Positions 22,125 through 37,000 of a stretch of DNA of 64,000 nt are shown here, piece after piece. The notes under the pieces are model-generated. The model was not told where the DNA came from and did no database searches. It worked only from the letters and a program-made list of their open reading frames with translations. Source of the DNA: Marsupella aquatica (lineage: Eukaryota > Plantae > Marchantiophyta). Both the position numbers and the translations under genes were made by a program. The first letter of the stretch is position 1, and every line of letters begins with the position of its first letter. The DNA is taken from assembly GCA_973895155.1 (NCBI GenBank), contig OZ316895.1, positions 5,600,687-5,664,686 on the forward strand, written 5' to 3'.

Positions 22125-24417
22125 TCATTTCAAAGCTTGAGATGTTGTTAGACTGTCTGTAATGGAGGTGGTCTCTGGAGACACTTTTTTAAGGATTACA
22201 GTTTGACTCTTCCTCAAGGCCCTTGCCGTGCGCTCCTGCACAAGCTGCTCCGCAAACAACTCCAGTCGCTTGTCATTTGTCATGCCCAAGTTCCTTCGGC
22301 CACGGTATGGCAAATGCTCCATGCTCGGACTAGTGAAGACTTCGTCAGCAATCTTCATCAGTCGCTTCACATTGCTACTTCTCCCATTGTCCATTTCGGT
22401 CAGTGCTCTGTCTGGTAGACCTGAGACCTGCATGTCAAAGAAGGAGCGATGCACTTGAGCTGAGAGTAGTAGAAGTCACTGAAGATTTGATTTGGAGAGT
22501 GAGATTGTACTTTGATGCGACTGTCTCAGTTTAACTACATATTGACTGTTTGAAACACTAATCTTGATGCACTTAATGGAGAGAAAGCGTCTAGAGGCCT
22601 TCCCCACAAAGAGAGATTCGAGCTTGCTGGAAAAATCTAAACACGGTAGGGCGTAGTTTCTGGTTCTTGACAGTCACAAGCTGATAAGGTACACTCCATA
22701 AATGCGATTGCGTTACGACCCTCCTTTCACAATTGAGCGAATTAGCTGTCGGGAAGCGTTCATAACGGGGAGAAGGTTTAAAGTGAAGGAAGCTACTTTT
22801 ATAGGTACGAAGAGATTGTAAGAAAAAAGTTTTGCGAGGGCCCTAGGTTGGATTTACAAGACGTCAAGGGCCAACTGCTTCTTTTAATTCCCTCTGAGAT
22901 TAAATATGAAAACGGTTGCGGCTGGCTTTACAAGAACTGGGGGCCGATTCAGGTATGGTGTCTATCGATCCTACATGGCAAGCAGTGGGCCGAAGTGGAA
23001 TGCTTATTTTGTCTAGAATTTTAGATCTTTCCAACCTTTGGCTCTTTCACTGAAGGGATTTGCATTTACGAAACTTCATTTCATAAGATTTCGTTAGAAG
23101 CAAGAAGTAGCCCCTCCAGTCACAAGTGCCCCGGACGTCTTGTAAAGACACCCCTAGCGATGGGAACCGCCGAAAAACATGAAAGGCAGAGAGCGAAAAA
23201 GGATCGAAGGCAAAGGATTGGACCAGAACACAATGGGACAGCTGGGGATGCTTGCATAAGCTCCATGGGCAATCCTTTAATATACATACCTGTACCCGAA
23301 CATAGTTGCATCGATTCTTATCTCCAAACGACATGCTGACGGTATGGTCCACCATATCCGAGATCCCATCCAAAATAATTTTCACAATCGGCCTCGCCCA
23401 TTGGAAAGCTCCCCAGTGCCGCACCTTGTGATAGCCATATGTGTTATCAAACTGCCCGGTCCCCAACGACAATACTAGCATATCCTGCGTCCCTCGAACG
23501 GTAGGAAATTCAAGCTTGTTGTGGAGCACGTGAGTGATTGCTGCCGCTGTCGGATTGTTCATCACTATTCCCCCATCGATGGCAGTGCAGGTTGTTGTCC
23601 CATCCACTGACTTCAGGAAAGCTGGTTTAAAAAAGGCTGGAACAGCAGAGGTCGCCCTTAAGACCTCCCAAAGAGGAAAATCCCACGCATCAGCAGTCAT
23701 TGCATCTGCCCTGGAAAACACGAACGGAGTTGCACTTTCGAGGTCATAGCATGGGATGAGAATAGGCTTCAGAGTATCTCTGAGAGTGAGAGGTTTGTCT
23801 CCTCTCATAAGATGCTCTTTCAAAATACTTTCCAGATATTTGGTGGAGTACCTAGGTGTCAAGATCCCTCTCAACTTCTTCCAAGCTCTCTGCGATGCCG
23901 GAATTTTGAATATCTTCTTCCCTTTCTCAGCAATCAGCTTCCAGCACATCTCACCGCTAAAAAGAGGGCTCCCTTCCCCATTGTCGGTGAATAGCATGGT
24001 CGCGATGATCCCCCCAACGCTTGTCCCAGCAGCTAAATCGAAGAAGTCAGCGATTTTGGCATCTGAATCATTACTCTTTTCCTTCAAAATAGCTTCCAGC
24101 CTAGCCAGCACTCTCCCAGGTATGATTCCCCTCATTCCCCCACCGTCGATGGTCAGAATGCACACCTTTCCGTTCTCATCAACACTAGAGCGAGAACCGG
24201 AGCGCGTGGGTTCAACTCCCCCCACAATATCCTTACGTCTTGCAGAGCCGCTGCTATTAGGACTAGGTTGTTCGCCAGAGCTCGTGCGCTCAATTCCTCT
24301 GACAAGGTCCTTAACTCTTGCAGACCCAATTCTGTTTGGATGAGGTTCTTCTCCGTTTCTCTCCTCCACTGGTCCCGGGGGGCTCTCTTCTTCATTCTGC
24401 AAACCGATGCTTGCCAT
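22125..24417 (-). CDS. Patatin-like phospholipase, pPLAIII-type; exons 24417-23290 and 22427-22125
   Basis: ILTIDGGGMRG, AAGTSVGG, IDGGIVMNNPT, VLSLGTG motifs; intron CAG|GTATGT...ATGCAG|GTC joins NYVRVQ to VSGLPD; C-terminal LELFAEQLVQERTAR. Confidence 0.93.
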
Positions 24418-25943
24418 TTGTGGCACACTTGTAACACTCCTTCCTTTCCCCTATTCTATCCACCGTACCTCTCCTGGCTGATGCTTCCACAGAGCACTGC
24501 CTCAGTTCCACAAATAGCACCACTCAATTCAGCCAATGTCTACAAGTTCTCCCATCTCAATGATACTGTGGACACGATCGGGTCTGGGTCCGCTCCCCAA
24601 TGCGCGAACTGGCGATAAACGTTGATAAAAGCAGAGCTCGGACGAAACTCCTACTTGAGAAAGAATTTCGATTCCGTTGCAATATCTCTACACAGAAAGT
24701 GCCGACGGAACAAGCCGGTCGAATTTTGCTTCCAGAATCAAAACTAAGTTCTTGGAAAGATTGAGGAGTGGTCTCCCGAGAAATTTAAGAAAAACAAGAT
24801 CGACCGGTCAAATCTGTTTAAGTCGAAGACTTGTCCTCACTCACTCTCTTTTCCATATTCTAGACGTCTGATCTCCCTGCTGCGGATTACCACCTCTCCG
24901 TCCACCACTCCTAGGACACTTGGTGATGTCCAGGCCGATGAAACCACACCAACAAGAGAGATCAAGTACAGTAAGGACTTCCGTAGCGAACAGTGAGAAA
25001 ACGGCCGAACGCTTGCTTACTTCGTTGGAGTCGCAGTCGTACTTGTAACTAGCAGCTCCTCTCTACTCGAACAACAACCCGTTCCCCCGTGCCTCCTGAA
25101 TTCTCAGCTTCTGTGAAAGGCAGACACCACAACTGGTCGATCCACAGTAGGCTGGTGAAATGGGATCGGCATAAAGCCTCTTTCCAAGGTCAACAAAGAA
25201 ATTCTCCATCTACCTACCTACCTACCTGCCCTGTCCCCCAAAATTGGACTCCAATTCTCTTCCCACACCTCTGAGAGAAAGAGAAAGAGAGAGAGAGATC
25301 GGAACCCAAAGGATACCCTTAAAGACTGTAGCAGCTGGCTGCTGACGAGACGACTGGTCCCACATGTCTGCTGCTGATGCTCATGATGAGCTCACGAAAA
25401 TGTCTCAAAGAAGTGGAGGAAACGTACCAGGATAGTTCCCCGAACTCGCTCCCCAATCAGTTTGGCACAAATCCACAGACGGCATGAAAACTTGTTCGTC
25501 GGTGCTCGTGGCTCTCGTGGCTCCTTTCGGTGCGGGTTCTTTAGGAAGTTCGAGAAGTCATTTGACGTCGGAAGAACAAAAAGTCCTCCAGAGCCATTTG
25601 ACTGGATTGGAGTGAATTTTGTGGGTCTTTTGGAATTCCTTGTCGTCATGTTCTTAATGTGGATGGATCAGTCTGCTGAAATCGACGACGTGTTTCTGGG
25701 ATTCCTGTCATTTTTTCCATGATTCGTGAATGGAGCATCCTGGTCTCCCACAAGACAATCAATGAATGCAGCCACATTTTGATGTGTGATTACCAGCAGG
25801 GCTGAAATGTGGTCCACAGTTTGGTCTGAGGAGACACACAAGACTCGTCGATTGCCTCCTTTGCAGTATTTTTGTTGAGTTCTCAACCACATGACTATAC
25901 AGAAAGGCAGCAAAACTTTGAGTTGGCAATTCTGCTCTTCAGC

Positions 25944-26240
25944 GTCTGAATTGAGGAGATAAAAAATTATATCACACTGCTAGAAGGAGCGAAAAGAGCG
26001 TCTGATTTGAGGAGATAAAACATACAGCGCACTACCGAACAAAGCAAAGAGGACCAAACCAGGATTGAGGAGATAGAAAATGTATCACACTGCCAAAAAG
26101 AGCAAAAAGGACCAAACCAGGAATTGAGGAGATTACAAAAATGTATCACACTACAAAAAAGAGCAAAAAGGACCAAACCTGTTGAAGAGATAAGAATAAA
26201 ACACACTTCCAGAAAGAGCAAAACGGCCCAAACAAGGAGA
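25944..26240 (-). repeat. About 5 tandem copies of a ~57-60 bp unit; one inverted partial copy near 26424-26455
   Basis: Unit TTGAGGAGAT...ATCACACTGCCAAAAAGAGCAAAAAGGACCAAACCAGG recurs on the + strand. Confidence 0.85.
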
Positions 26241-27621
26241 TAGGATAGCGAGCCCAGACACCCAGCAAAGGGGAGAACACAATAGACCAACCCCACAAAA
26301 GTAACAGTGTCCTCTAAGATATAAAGCAGCAACGGAGCAGCCCTTCGGACGAGCAAGCAGAAAATTCTGATAAGGCTCCACAGTAAATTACATTGGAGGG
26401 TCAGGATATATTTTTTGTTTATGTCCTCAATTCCTGGTTTGGTTCTTTTTGCTCCTCCTTGAGCCAAGCTGCTTTGGCTAATGCTTGCCCTAGTACATGG
26501 GTAGCATCATAACATTGCTTGTGCTAGTAAAATCTGCAAGGACCACATTAAACCCCAAGGGCACTAACTCCTGCCCTAGAAAAGACAAAAGGACCAATTT
26601 ACTAAGATGGGTCAAACAAAGAAAAACAAGCAAAAATAAGCTCGGACTGACTCCAAAGTTGCCTGTGGCAACCCCCAGGGCAACCCAGATGGATTGTGAT
26701 AATTCTCTTTTGCTCTATTACCATATGGATCATACAAACCCGGTGATTTTTGGATGGAATTAGTTGCTAAGTATTCTGTAAATGACTTTTCAGTTAGGTT
26801 GGGTCCATTTCAGTTTGCGCAGTAGAAAGGGGAACATCTTCGTGTGAATTGAGAACCATGATCTCTCTTAGTCCTGCCTTGCTTTCTCTTTCATTGGAAG
26901 AGAATGATAATGAATTCTCAACTAAGAGCTCTTGCTGTATGGACTTTGGAGTACAATGACTTTGGCAATCCAATGCATTGGGAGTTCACTCAAGCCCTCA
27001 GAACTCAAAGTCCGTCCAGGGGTACCGACGGTCTACCCTGAGCTTGGCCCTTCCCGTGACCCGACCAGCTCCCAATGCCAGTCTACGTCCTTTGTGTGCG
27101 CCACCAGTTCAGCACATGCCTTTGCTAGTTCAATGCATCATTGCCCACAAGCTTCCCTATACTCAGTTCCACCGGATGGTTGCTCTGGGGGCCTGGACCA
27201 TAGTGGAGCTCAATGTCAGAGTCAACAACGCCGGAGTTCTGTGACTAATACAAAGCTCTTAGAAGCATGCATCTCTCGGTACAAAAACTCCAGATTTTAT
27301 GGAGAATTTATCGAGTAGTGTCAAATCAAAAGTTTTGTTCTTCCAATAAATTGTCATGACAACAAATTTTGACTAAAGAGCACACGCACATATCCAACCT
27401 TACAACTCCAAATAGTAGAAGTGGTATTCCCATCATGTTAATTACTGTAATTTACATGTAAGATAATGCACTGCTATGATATCCAACTGTAGGAGGGTAT
27501 TATAATAGACCATCGTCCAAGCTCCAGGGTCATTGCGTGAGGGCAAGGGCCACTACTTGAGGGATCCCCACCAGGGAGGGCTTATTACTAGAGTTAAAAT
27601 CTTGTATGAACCCCTAGAAAC

Positions 27622-27965
27622 TGTTAGATATTGCTCTAGTCTTGTGACTCATGAGCTAACCACAGTTAGACTAACTCGGGTTAGGACTTAGCTAATGTTA
27701 GCGGTAGTGCTGTTGTGTATATAGCCAGGGCTGATGCCAGACCCTGGTGGAACTTAGGCTTATTGTTACGGAGCTAGTTGAGAGATAGGGAGAGCTTGTG
27801 CTGTCGAAGCTTGGTATGGCCGGTCGGCCTAGAGTGTAGTAAAGCTCTTGTGTGTTCCCCTGGACGTAGCCTCTTGTGGAGGTGAACCACGTATCTCTGT
27901 GTGTTGACTATTGTACGTTGGATGGTTCATGGGTTTGCTGTTACGAATGTTGTCTATGCTCAACA
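27622..27965 (+). mobile_element. Solo LTR (Copia-like), 344 bp
   Basis: TGTTAG...TCAACA termini; TSD GAAAC/GAAAT (4 of 5); GGACGTAG...GGTGAACCACGTA motif typical of plant Copia LTRs. Confidence 0.8.
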
Positions 27966-29286
27966 GAAATAACTGTGCTTTATCTGTCAAAGTTTTCCAA
28001 GGTTTACATCTTTTGGAATATCTTCAATGTTGAAACTATACAAGCTATTGGGGGAACTGGATATTTTCTCATGTTGCATTCAGACTATTGAGCCTTGGGT
28101 ACTCATTTGCTCTAAATTTTTTTCTAATCAAATGGTGGCTTTCTCAAAGGATTTTGCTGTTGCAATTGCATCCACAGCCTGCAAGAGAATGAAACAGAAA
28201 GAAAGATTGATATCCTGAGGAGCTTTTTGGTTTAGCCAATAATTTGGATAAAATCATTGTGGCGAAATGTGTTGACTGTATGTAAAGGAGGTGATTGTGG
28301 GGTCTTGATAACTGCACATCAAAATATGATATAGCTTGTGTTGGGCATTACAAAACTCAAGGGTCAAGGTGAAAAGATTAAAGACCTCTCAATGCAATGT
28401 TTTTGGGTATTTGCCTTGAAGATCATTCCTTAGTTGTTCATTCCTTCCTGTGGTGTCTAGCATCCTTATTAAACAAGAAACTCCTGCTCCTTCTCCTATG
28501 CCATAAGACAAGTGAATTTTTCCCAAAAATAATGCTCTTCAGAAGATTGCCAAAATGCACCTAAAACATCAACACAACCAGGTTATGAACGTGCACAACA
28601 TCCCTGGGAACATCCTAATTAATGGTGCAAAAACACAGTTGTGGGCTTGCACGCAGCATTCAAATCATCCAAGTCCGAGCAAGTTTGGCATTAAGGTGTG
28701 AGCTAGCAAGAGATGGCACCATTAAGATTACATTGTGGGTTTCACGTGGTGGAAGGTACTCTATATCACCAGCCTTTTAGTCCTAGTAAGTGGGGATGGA
28801 GATGTTTGCTGCTTCACTCCAAACATAAATTAGTTGTAACAGGAATTCTCTTTTTGCAGTTGTGGAGGGTTCTGGGTGTGGTGCCATGATTACTCCTCCC
28901 CCAATGGGATGCATAAACACACCCCCAACAACCCTAAATTTGTGTGTTGTACCTAGACAAGCAAGCATTATTGACCCATCTCTTCTAGGACTGGTGGTAC
29001 AAGCAGCTTACTCTCCGTTATGCAAGTAATGTTAGACTTTTGTAGTCAATCCACAGGAGAGAGTAGACAGATTGATGGGCTCCTCCTATGAGAAGTACAT
29101 ACATTTAAGACTCCTTCCTAAGGGTGGCTGTACAAGAGGGCTTTACAAGAGGTAGGGGGCATTTGTAACCTTTTTTTCACGAACAGCAAAGTGGAGAGCT
29201 TTAGGTAACTCTTAACCAAAAATCTTTTGAGATGAAGTTCAACAAATGCAAATCCCAAATGCAAATCCCAAATGCAAATCCCGTGA

Positions 29287-29500
29287 ATGAAGGAGCCAAG
29301 GTGGGAAGTGCTTGGCACACCTCTTGAGGTGGTTAGAAATTCTAGACAAAATAAGTACTCCATGTCAACATTTCCTTGTCTCATCAACTTTTCCTTGGAC
29401 CCACTGCTTGCCATACAAGATCAGATCAATAGACACGGACCTGGATGGGCCCTGAGTTCTTGTTAAGCCAACAGCAGCCATTTTCACTCATTACAAGTCC
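29287..29500 (+). repeat. Unclassified dispersed repeat (copy 1); preceded by (AAATGCAAATCCC)3
   Basis: ATGAAGGAGCCAAG...AATTCTAGACAA...ACTCCATGT...TGGGCCCTGAG colinear with 56797-57000. Confidence 0.7.
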
Positions 29501-31002
29501 AGATTTAGTCTTGGATGGAATAAAAAGGAAATTAAGAGAAATTATGAGCCCAGTCATCATCTTGTAAAGACATCTTGTTGGCCTGATTCTAGAAAAATAG
29601 ATTCATAGGCTATTCGATAGGACACACAACAGGTCGGACTCCTTCACAATATGCATGGACATCCCATTTTGAGTAAAACACCATGACTGCTGGTGTATAG
29701 ACTCAATGACTAAAGAAAACGGATGTATAGAAGTGATAACTTCCAAACTTACAAAAGCAGCCAATGGTATATGAAATATGGATACTAAGAAGTCCAAGCT
29801 TCAATATAGGATAATGGCGGTCTCCCTGTGACCAGAAAGTGAGGAAAACCTGACAGGTGGCAGCCTGGAAGCTTTTCAGAGCTTTCTTGGAGCAAAGTTC
29901 AGGCTACAACCCCTTCCCAGACCTCCATTATAGTAAGTAATTACTGTCCGGAAAAAGGTTACTTCCGGGCAAGAGATTATGGGAATAGCAGGTGCCTCCA
30001 CAAATGGTTACACACCGTTAACCTGCATTCCGTACATAAATTTCCAAACAACTGAACATGTAGAGTTTGCTGGAAAATTGAAATCTGTCAGTCAAGACTA
30101 ACATGCAACAGAACACGATTTTCTAGACAGGATGTTCTACAGCAGAAAAGGATCCCTGGACCACAGTGCTCTTAAACGGTGTTCCGGCAATGTGAGGGAA
30201 GGCTGCTGGTCAAGCAGGTATGAATCACAAAACCATTCTGCATGCTACAAAAGAAAAATGAACAACGATACAGAGACAAGTTCTAGAGTAGTGTAAAATC
30301 CAAATGCCTCAAAATTGCAAACAGGAGGCATGCAAATACGATGAGGTGGTTAGAAGGTCGATATCATTATACCTATGACGCCAAATGAACAGGTCAACAG
30401 CGTCCACGTTGCCTACACTCTCAAATTTCATCGGAGTAACTCAAATTGGACGATCAGAGCGGATGACGAGTGAAGATAAATTCTTCCATCTTGTGAACCC
30501 TAATATCTTACAATGTTCAAATCATTCTAATGCGAATTTCCAGGCTTTAAACTAACATAGGAGAAAAGAACTGGCTGGCCAACAACAATGCCACCAATTG
30601 GAGCTCATCCCTCTAATTATTCACCAAACTAATTTCAGAAACAATGTGGTTTCCTTGTTTGCATTATCATTCCTTTCACTTGATACTCCCCCGTTTAGTG
30701 CGCCGTTGTTCCTGGGCACAATGTGAGCAAAACAAACAGATTCGGTATCCATCGGGCCACTTTGCTGGATCAATCTGCACATGTCAACAAGCACCAGCTA
30801 AGCCAAAGCTCCAATTCCTGTCCACTCAGATCGAATCGACGGTGGATGCTAAATGGCTGAAATTCAGATGAGGTATCAATACCTGAATTGCAGAGAGAAT
30901 CAGGTGAAAATTCCTACGTTGATGTCAAAGAAAAATAGATTTCTTGAAGTTTGAAGTCTCCATGTTCTTGTGATTGGATTTGGTTTGCAACCAGTGTCCA
31001 AG

Positions 31003-34000
31003 TCAGCTTTTGAAACTTCCAGACTTTTTGTAAGTTCGAGAAGAAGCAATGAAGCATTGGATCTGGAACATCAGGAGTAGATTATGTAAAGGGTGGGTAT
31101 ATGTTGTTGGAGAATCTCTCCCACAAACAGAACACGAAGTTCGGATTCTTCTCTTTGAAGCAGCCTCACCTGACGTTCAGGGTGATCTTGTCTTTCTCTC
31201 TTTCAAGGATCCTAGGGGTGCTAAGTCATCTCATGGCACACAGCATTGTACCTTAATTCTGCTGACAACTGAACTTGAATCATAACATACCTGTGATATA
31301 AGCAGGTTCATCTGCTCCCGATAAAGTGTCTTCACATCTGACATGTCTGCTTCAAGCTCATCCGACTGCATTGAAGTACAGGCCATGGGCAACAAAATTG
31401 CGAATTAGCCCCATATTATTGGCTATGGGCACCTTGTGTTGCTGGAAAAGATAAATGAAAGCACAAAAAAACAATACTTGTTCCATAATCTTTCTGACCC
31501 ACAGGAACGATCCAAAGAGATATTTTCTCTGGCCCACGGTCTTACAAATCCTTTATATCGAAGCTCCTGTGAAACCATGACCCATTATGATACTGTTCGG
31601 CTCATATTTGTAACTGCTGTCAAGCTCTTTGAAAACTCAAGTTGTACTTGTAGCATTCTAATCATTGAGCAGAAACATCAACTGGAACGCCGACAGATAC
31701 CTTCTCGTTCATTTCACCAATTATAACCAGCGCCATTTCATGCCGTTTCTTGAGCTCCTCCAGCTCCTTCCGGACTCTAGGGGCGGATGCCATATCCTGT
31801 ATTCAGCATTCAGATTACTGTACCGTAAGATTCTCAAACTATATCTGTCGTCATGTATATCCATCATAGCCTATGAACTCAAGTGCGAGACCTCTCCAAC
31901 TAGCTGAACTACCGATGATCGATAAGAAATATAGCACACTGAGTAACCAAAGTCTTGCAGGTCATCCTGCTAAGTGTAGGTTAAGTGGATAGTGTCTCTG
32001 ATCACAGTTTGGGGTCAATTCTCTTTAGAGAACTGATCAGGATCGTTTCAGGAATTGCATGATAATGTAGAGCTATAGCAGAAAGATGATACTCATTGAT
32101 TAAAAAAATTATTGAACTCAATCGGTGTCCAGTTTAGACGTGAAGAAGGATGTGTAGCTTCTCTTAAATTTCTGCCTGTTTAGTTTTGACAGATTCTCGT
32201 TTGAGTACGCCCTACCTTCTCCATGGTTGTCAATTTTTCGGTTGCTCTAAGCAGATCCTCAGATGCATGATCACGGGCCGATTGAGCAGCTTTCAAATCT
32301 TTGTGTAGCTGAGCCACTTCACCTTGCAACCGTCTGACATCAAACCCATATCAGTTAGATAATCGAAATCAAGAGACTGGATTAAATAAGCCAGAGGTTG
32401 AGTGGAGTTGTTCCTTATCTCAGATTGAGGTAACAAGGCAGAAACTTTTAGTTATAAAAACAATTAATATGCGAGGATTGTCCAGTAGATAGAAACTTTT
32501 CATGCATATCATCAGTAGTATATTTCGATCACTAGCTTGTGAGAGCAATCAGCAAAAAAATGGGATGTGATCTAAGTTCTGAGGCATGGAACATGAAACT
32601 GGATGACGAGCAAAACAAGTACCTGACTTCAGAGACAAGCCGCTCCATATTTACAGGAGTTGGTGTCAGCCCGCCCTTGGAAACGTCAATTTCATTGACG
32701 TCAGGTGTAAAATCAGCTGAAGAGCCTTGTCTCTGTGGAGGGACCTCTTTTGACAGCGCCTCTGGATTCTCACGGTCAGACGAATCTTCTGCGTTGTCAA
32801 CCCCAAGGCTTGCTGTCCTTAACGAGGTCATGCGAGCTCGAAACTCTCTTTCCTGCTCAGCTAACGATGCCTGCAGATGAGAACGAGAATAAGTAAAAAT
32901 GAAGGGTTCGTAATGAAGACATTTGAAATGATGAATACCTCCTTTTCCTGCAAGGCTTACAGTCCTTGAAAGCAATTGGAGCAATTGAAGCAATTGTTAG
33001 AACATGTTAGAGATGTTGCATAAACGGTTTATGAAAAGACATGCTCTCCATCCACCTTATCATCTAAACTGCTATGAATTTGCTTTCAGTTTCAGAGCTC
33101 AGACTTCCAGATTGAAAGTCACACCTTCAGCGATTGGAACTGACGCCTTATTCCATCAGCTTCAGCTGTAAGTTCCAGTCTTGCTTCTTCCAGCAAACGC
33201 TCTGCTTCCTGTACAGCCGAGAAACTGACAGACTTAGGGTCACTTGTGAAAAAGTTTCTGTAGGACTCCCTGAAACTGCAAGCCTGCACTAAGAAGGTAT
33301 TGGGGATCACAAAGAATAGTCTCGCATCATCTATCCAAACCGATTGACTAGAGAGTGCAAGGGAGAAGTTGTCTAAATACTTTAAAGATCGCTAAAGCTG
33401 TTAACCTCGACTTGTTCTTGATACATGACATTGAGCTCATAATTCAAACCTCTTTTGCAGCTTGCTCAGCAAGAAAATGTTCAACTGCCTCATCTTTCTC
33501 TTGTTCAGCTGATGCGGCTTTCCCCTCAACTAAGAGAAGCTTCTCTTTCAGTTCGTCTTGGGCCCTTTCACTTGTCATTAGTTTGTCTTTTTCTAGAAGA
33601 AGATTCTCCTTGAGTTCCTGAACACAATCCAAAACCATGACTTACAGCATACAAAAATCTGGAAATTCTTATGCAATTTATACCAGGAAAGGGCTTGAAG
33701 TGTAATTCCTGTAGCGAAAAACTTAAAGCACATTGACAAGACCCCAAGATCATACTCTCGTCTGACCGTGAGAACCTAAAAGCATAAAAAAGAACTAGTT
33801 ACCTGAATCTTTTCTTCTAACTGTTGCACCTTCCCAAGAATAGATTGCATCTCTGCTCTCAACTCATTGACTACAAACTCTGCAGTTTCAGCTCTTTTCT
33901 CAGCTGCTGCAGTTTCAGCTTCTGCTGTTGTAAGAGCATCCAATGTGGTCATGGCAGTTGCCTCCAATTCTTGAAGCTGGTATTTATGCTGCAGCTCTCT

Positions 34001-37000
34001 CTCTTCCATGTGAGCTTCTCTTTGTGTAATCTGAAAAGGAACCTTTTTGTGTTAGAAGGTCAGCTACATCACACTGAGAGAAGTGGCGAGACTCAAACTA
34101 TTTAAGCTTTAAACTATGAAGAGGAACCTTCTTGTAGCTTGATGAGACAATGAGACTATCTGAATTTTATTCTTTATGACAAGGTCAATAAATGCATAGT
34201 TTCTCCAAGCAGGTATTTTACACACGGCTGTGATAGAAGTATAGAGTTCCGGGTGAAAAACACTAAATTGTCTCTCATTGCCGTAGTGGGACTATGTTTC
34301 AAGTGGATCGCATGCAATTATCAGGCCAAATTGCCTCTGATCTGGAAAATATGACAAGAAAATTACTTGGCGCACAAGTGGCATGGTTGCCTCGGACAGA
34401 CGGGCGGTTGCTTCCTCTTGCGCTGCCTCTGCAGTCCTGCATTTCTCCTCCAATCTCCTCATCTGGAATTACCACCATCAGCCAAAGGAAGCATCGCGAA
34501 ATTTGAGGAGAGAAAGGACACTGAAGATAACGATAGAGGTTCAAAAGGCAATTTAAAGGTTCATGTTACTAGCGACCATTTCTTTCGATCAAATTGATGG
34601 ATTCGCGCCAGACTGGAAATGAGACTTCTATCTCTGAATACTCCCAGATGAACTTATAGTTTCCGTAGATATACCTCTTCTCTCAGGGAGTCCTCTCGTT
34701 CTGATGCAGTCTTGTTAGCCTTTGTTAAGCTCTGCAGACACAATATAATAACCAGAATAATAAAACGCTTGCATAGTTTTGTATCCAGTCACCTAGATCT
34801 AAGGGCGACAGCCCCCAAGGTGTCTGGTGTAGAAAATGCTCACTCACTGCATCTTCATAAAATTAACGTCCAGTAGTCAAGCAAACATTTTCCCCACCTT
34901 AACTAGAGCTAAAAGCGACCTACAAAAACGGCTCAAAGCGAAATCTCAATAAACGCTCACACTGCGGAGGGAATCCAAGTTGGCAGCCCAGTGTTTCTCT
35001 CTTTCGTCCATTTGTTGTGACAAGCGTGCCATTCCAGCTTCCCTCTCCTTTGTTGCAAACTGCAAGTCCTCCTCAGCCTGCTTTCTCGCTTCCTCAAGCG
35101 CCTGAAGGAAAAATAAAATCACAAATCCATTCCGAGATATTTTGACAAGGACAACTTCTGTACAAAGACTCACTGCAAACCGCAAATAATGTTTCTAGTT
35201 GTACCTTCTGTCTTTGTTGAAGTGCCTGATTTGCCTCCGCTGCATTCATCGACCTATTCCAAACCATATCCATGAAGGCTGTTACAGCGTAAGTAAGGTT
35301 GCCTCGAATCACCACTGAGAAAGTAAGACAGTCCGATGTGTTTTTTCTTTTGGGCATGAGTAGGACCATCAATACAAATACTCTACCGATGATACACCAG
35401 TCCTTGCAAAAACTCAAACATAGCTGGTGCAGACAATTGTCCAGTGCAGAAAGCAAAGGGCAACATTCAAGCTTATTTTTCCCGTAATTGTGTACAAGAA
35501 AATTAAGACTTGAATTACACTTCCGTTTCTGCACTAAAAATTCACAAAGAAAATTGAAGTAAAAGGCCGAATGATTGAATTGCTCCGATACGGTCAAAGG
35601 TTTTGGGATTCTTCGTTCATCGGGAAGGGAATTTATTGTTTGTACGTTGGGGGCGGAGGTTGTTGGAATCCAGAGGCAAACAATGCTAAGGAGAGGTAAA
35701 CATTGTCCACCTGCTCAATTCTGTTTCTTTTGCAGCATCTTCCAAGACCTGCAAGCGAGACAAAGCTGGGCTAAGAACCCTAAGGCGCACGCATTCAAAC
35801 ATCTATATCGTAAACAGCAGAACTGAATATGAAGAGGAGATTTGGCTGAAGCTTTGGACCGGGAATGATAAAGGCTATCAGACGAGCCTGGTTACACCAA
35901 CAAGTTAGATCTTAGTAGTTGCGCCGTAAATCAATACGAAAAACGAATGGCCACAGATTTGTAAACGATTCGCCAGACTTAACCAGACAACCATCAAATG
36001 CATTGCACTTTACGGGAGATGTGGCAACAGTATCCTGGTCTTTGGATATTCCCCTGGTCATTCCTTTGAGACCGGCACTTACAAACAATTGTTTCAAATA
36101 TCTACCAGCACTTCTAATATGAAATTTGTATGCAATTCGCTGCTTTGACAACAAGTAAGAGCACAACATATCACCGCCAATACCTGGACACGCGAGAGTA
36201 GTTTCTCCTTCTCTTGGCCTGTTTTTGCCAGATCTGTACGACATTTCTTTATAATGCCTTCTAGCTCTCCGATTTTGATTGACAGCCTCTCACCTTCCGT
36301 GACATACTGCAAAACAAACAGGTCAAATCCGCAGGCATGAGCAATGTTGGAATGTGAGATCTAGGTAGCTCCCCACCCAGTGAAGTTTTTTCCTCCTACT
36401 GACTTCGGGCTTCTGCCAAACAGAGTACTTACGAGTTAATTGTTTAGGGAAAGGAGGGAAGAGGACATGCAATGCAATTTGAGGCAATGCGCCGAAAGAG
36501 AGGAAATGAAGAAATATGTCAGAACCAGAACTGAACAATTTACGAGAGCAACATGTGGGGAAATCATCTCTAATGCCGGATGCTAAAAAGATGATTCACG
36601 CTAGATAGGATCCATTTGATTGTTCAGCTCATAGTTGCAGAGAAGAACGAGGGTCCACTGAAGGTACCTATTGTCAACACCCTATTCGTCTATTCCGTCC
36701 ACGGCAGTACATGGAAGGAAACTCAGACGCCAAGTATTCCCACGAATGGGGAGTCTGGTGCCAAATCATACCTGGTCTATAGAGCTTTGCTTCCGTTCAA
36801 TGTCCTTGACGAGAAGTTCCTTTCCTTTCTTGAACTCCTCAACCTGTTGTCGGAGTGTGAAACACTCCTCTTTCATGTTTGACGCCTGGACAGCTGCCTC
36901 AGTTAGTTACAGCCTCAGACTCAGCCTGAGTTAATCCACCGTTGACTAAACTGTTTTGGATCCTAGAAGAATTTTTCTTGTATGGGATAGAACGTTATCA

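Noticed and set aside
23756-24343. 195-aa plus-strand ORF
   Set aside because: Antisense shadow of patatin exon 1.
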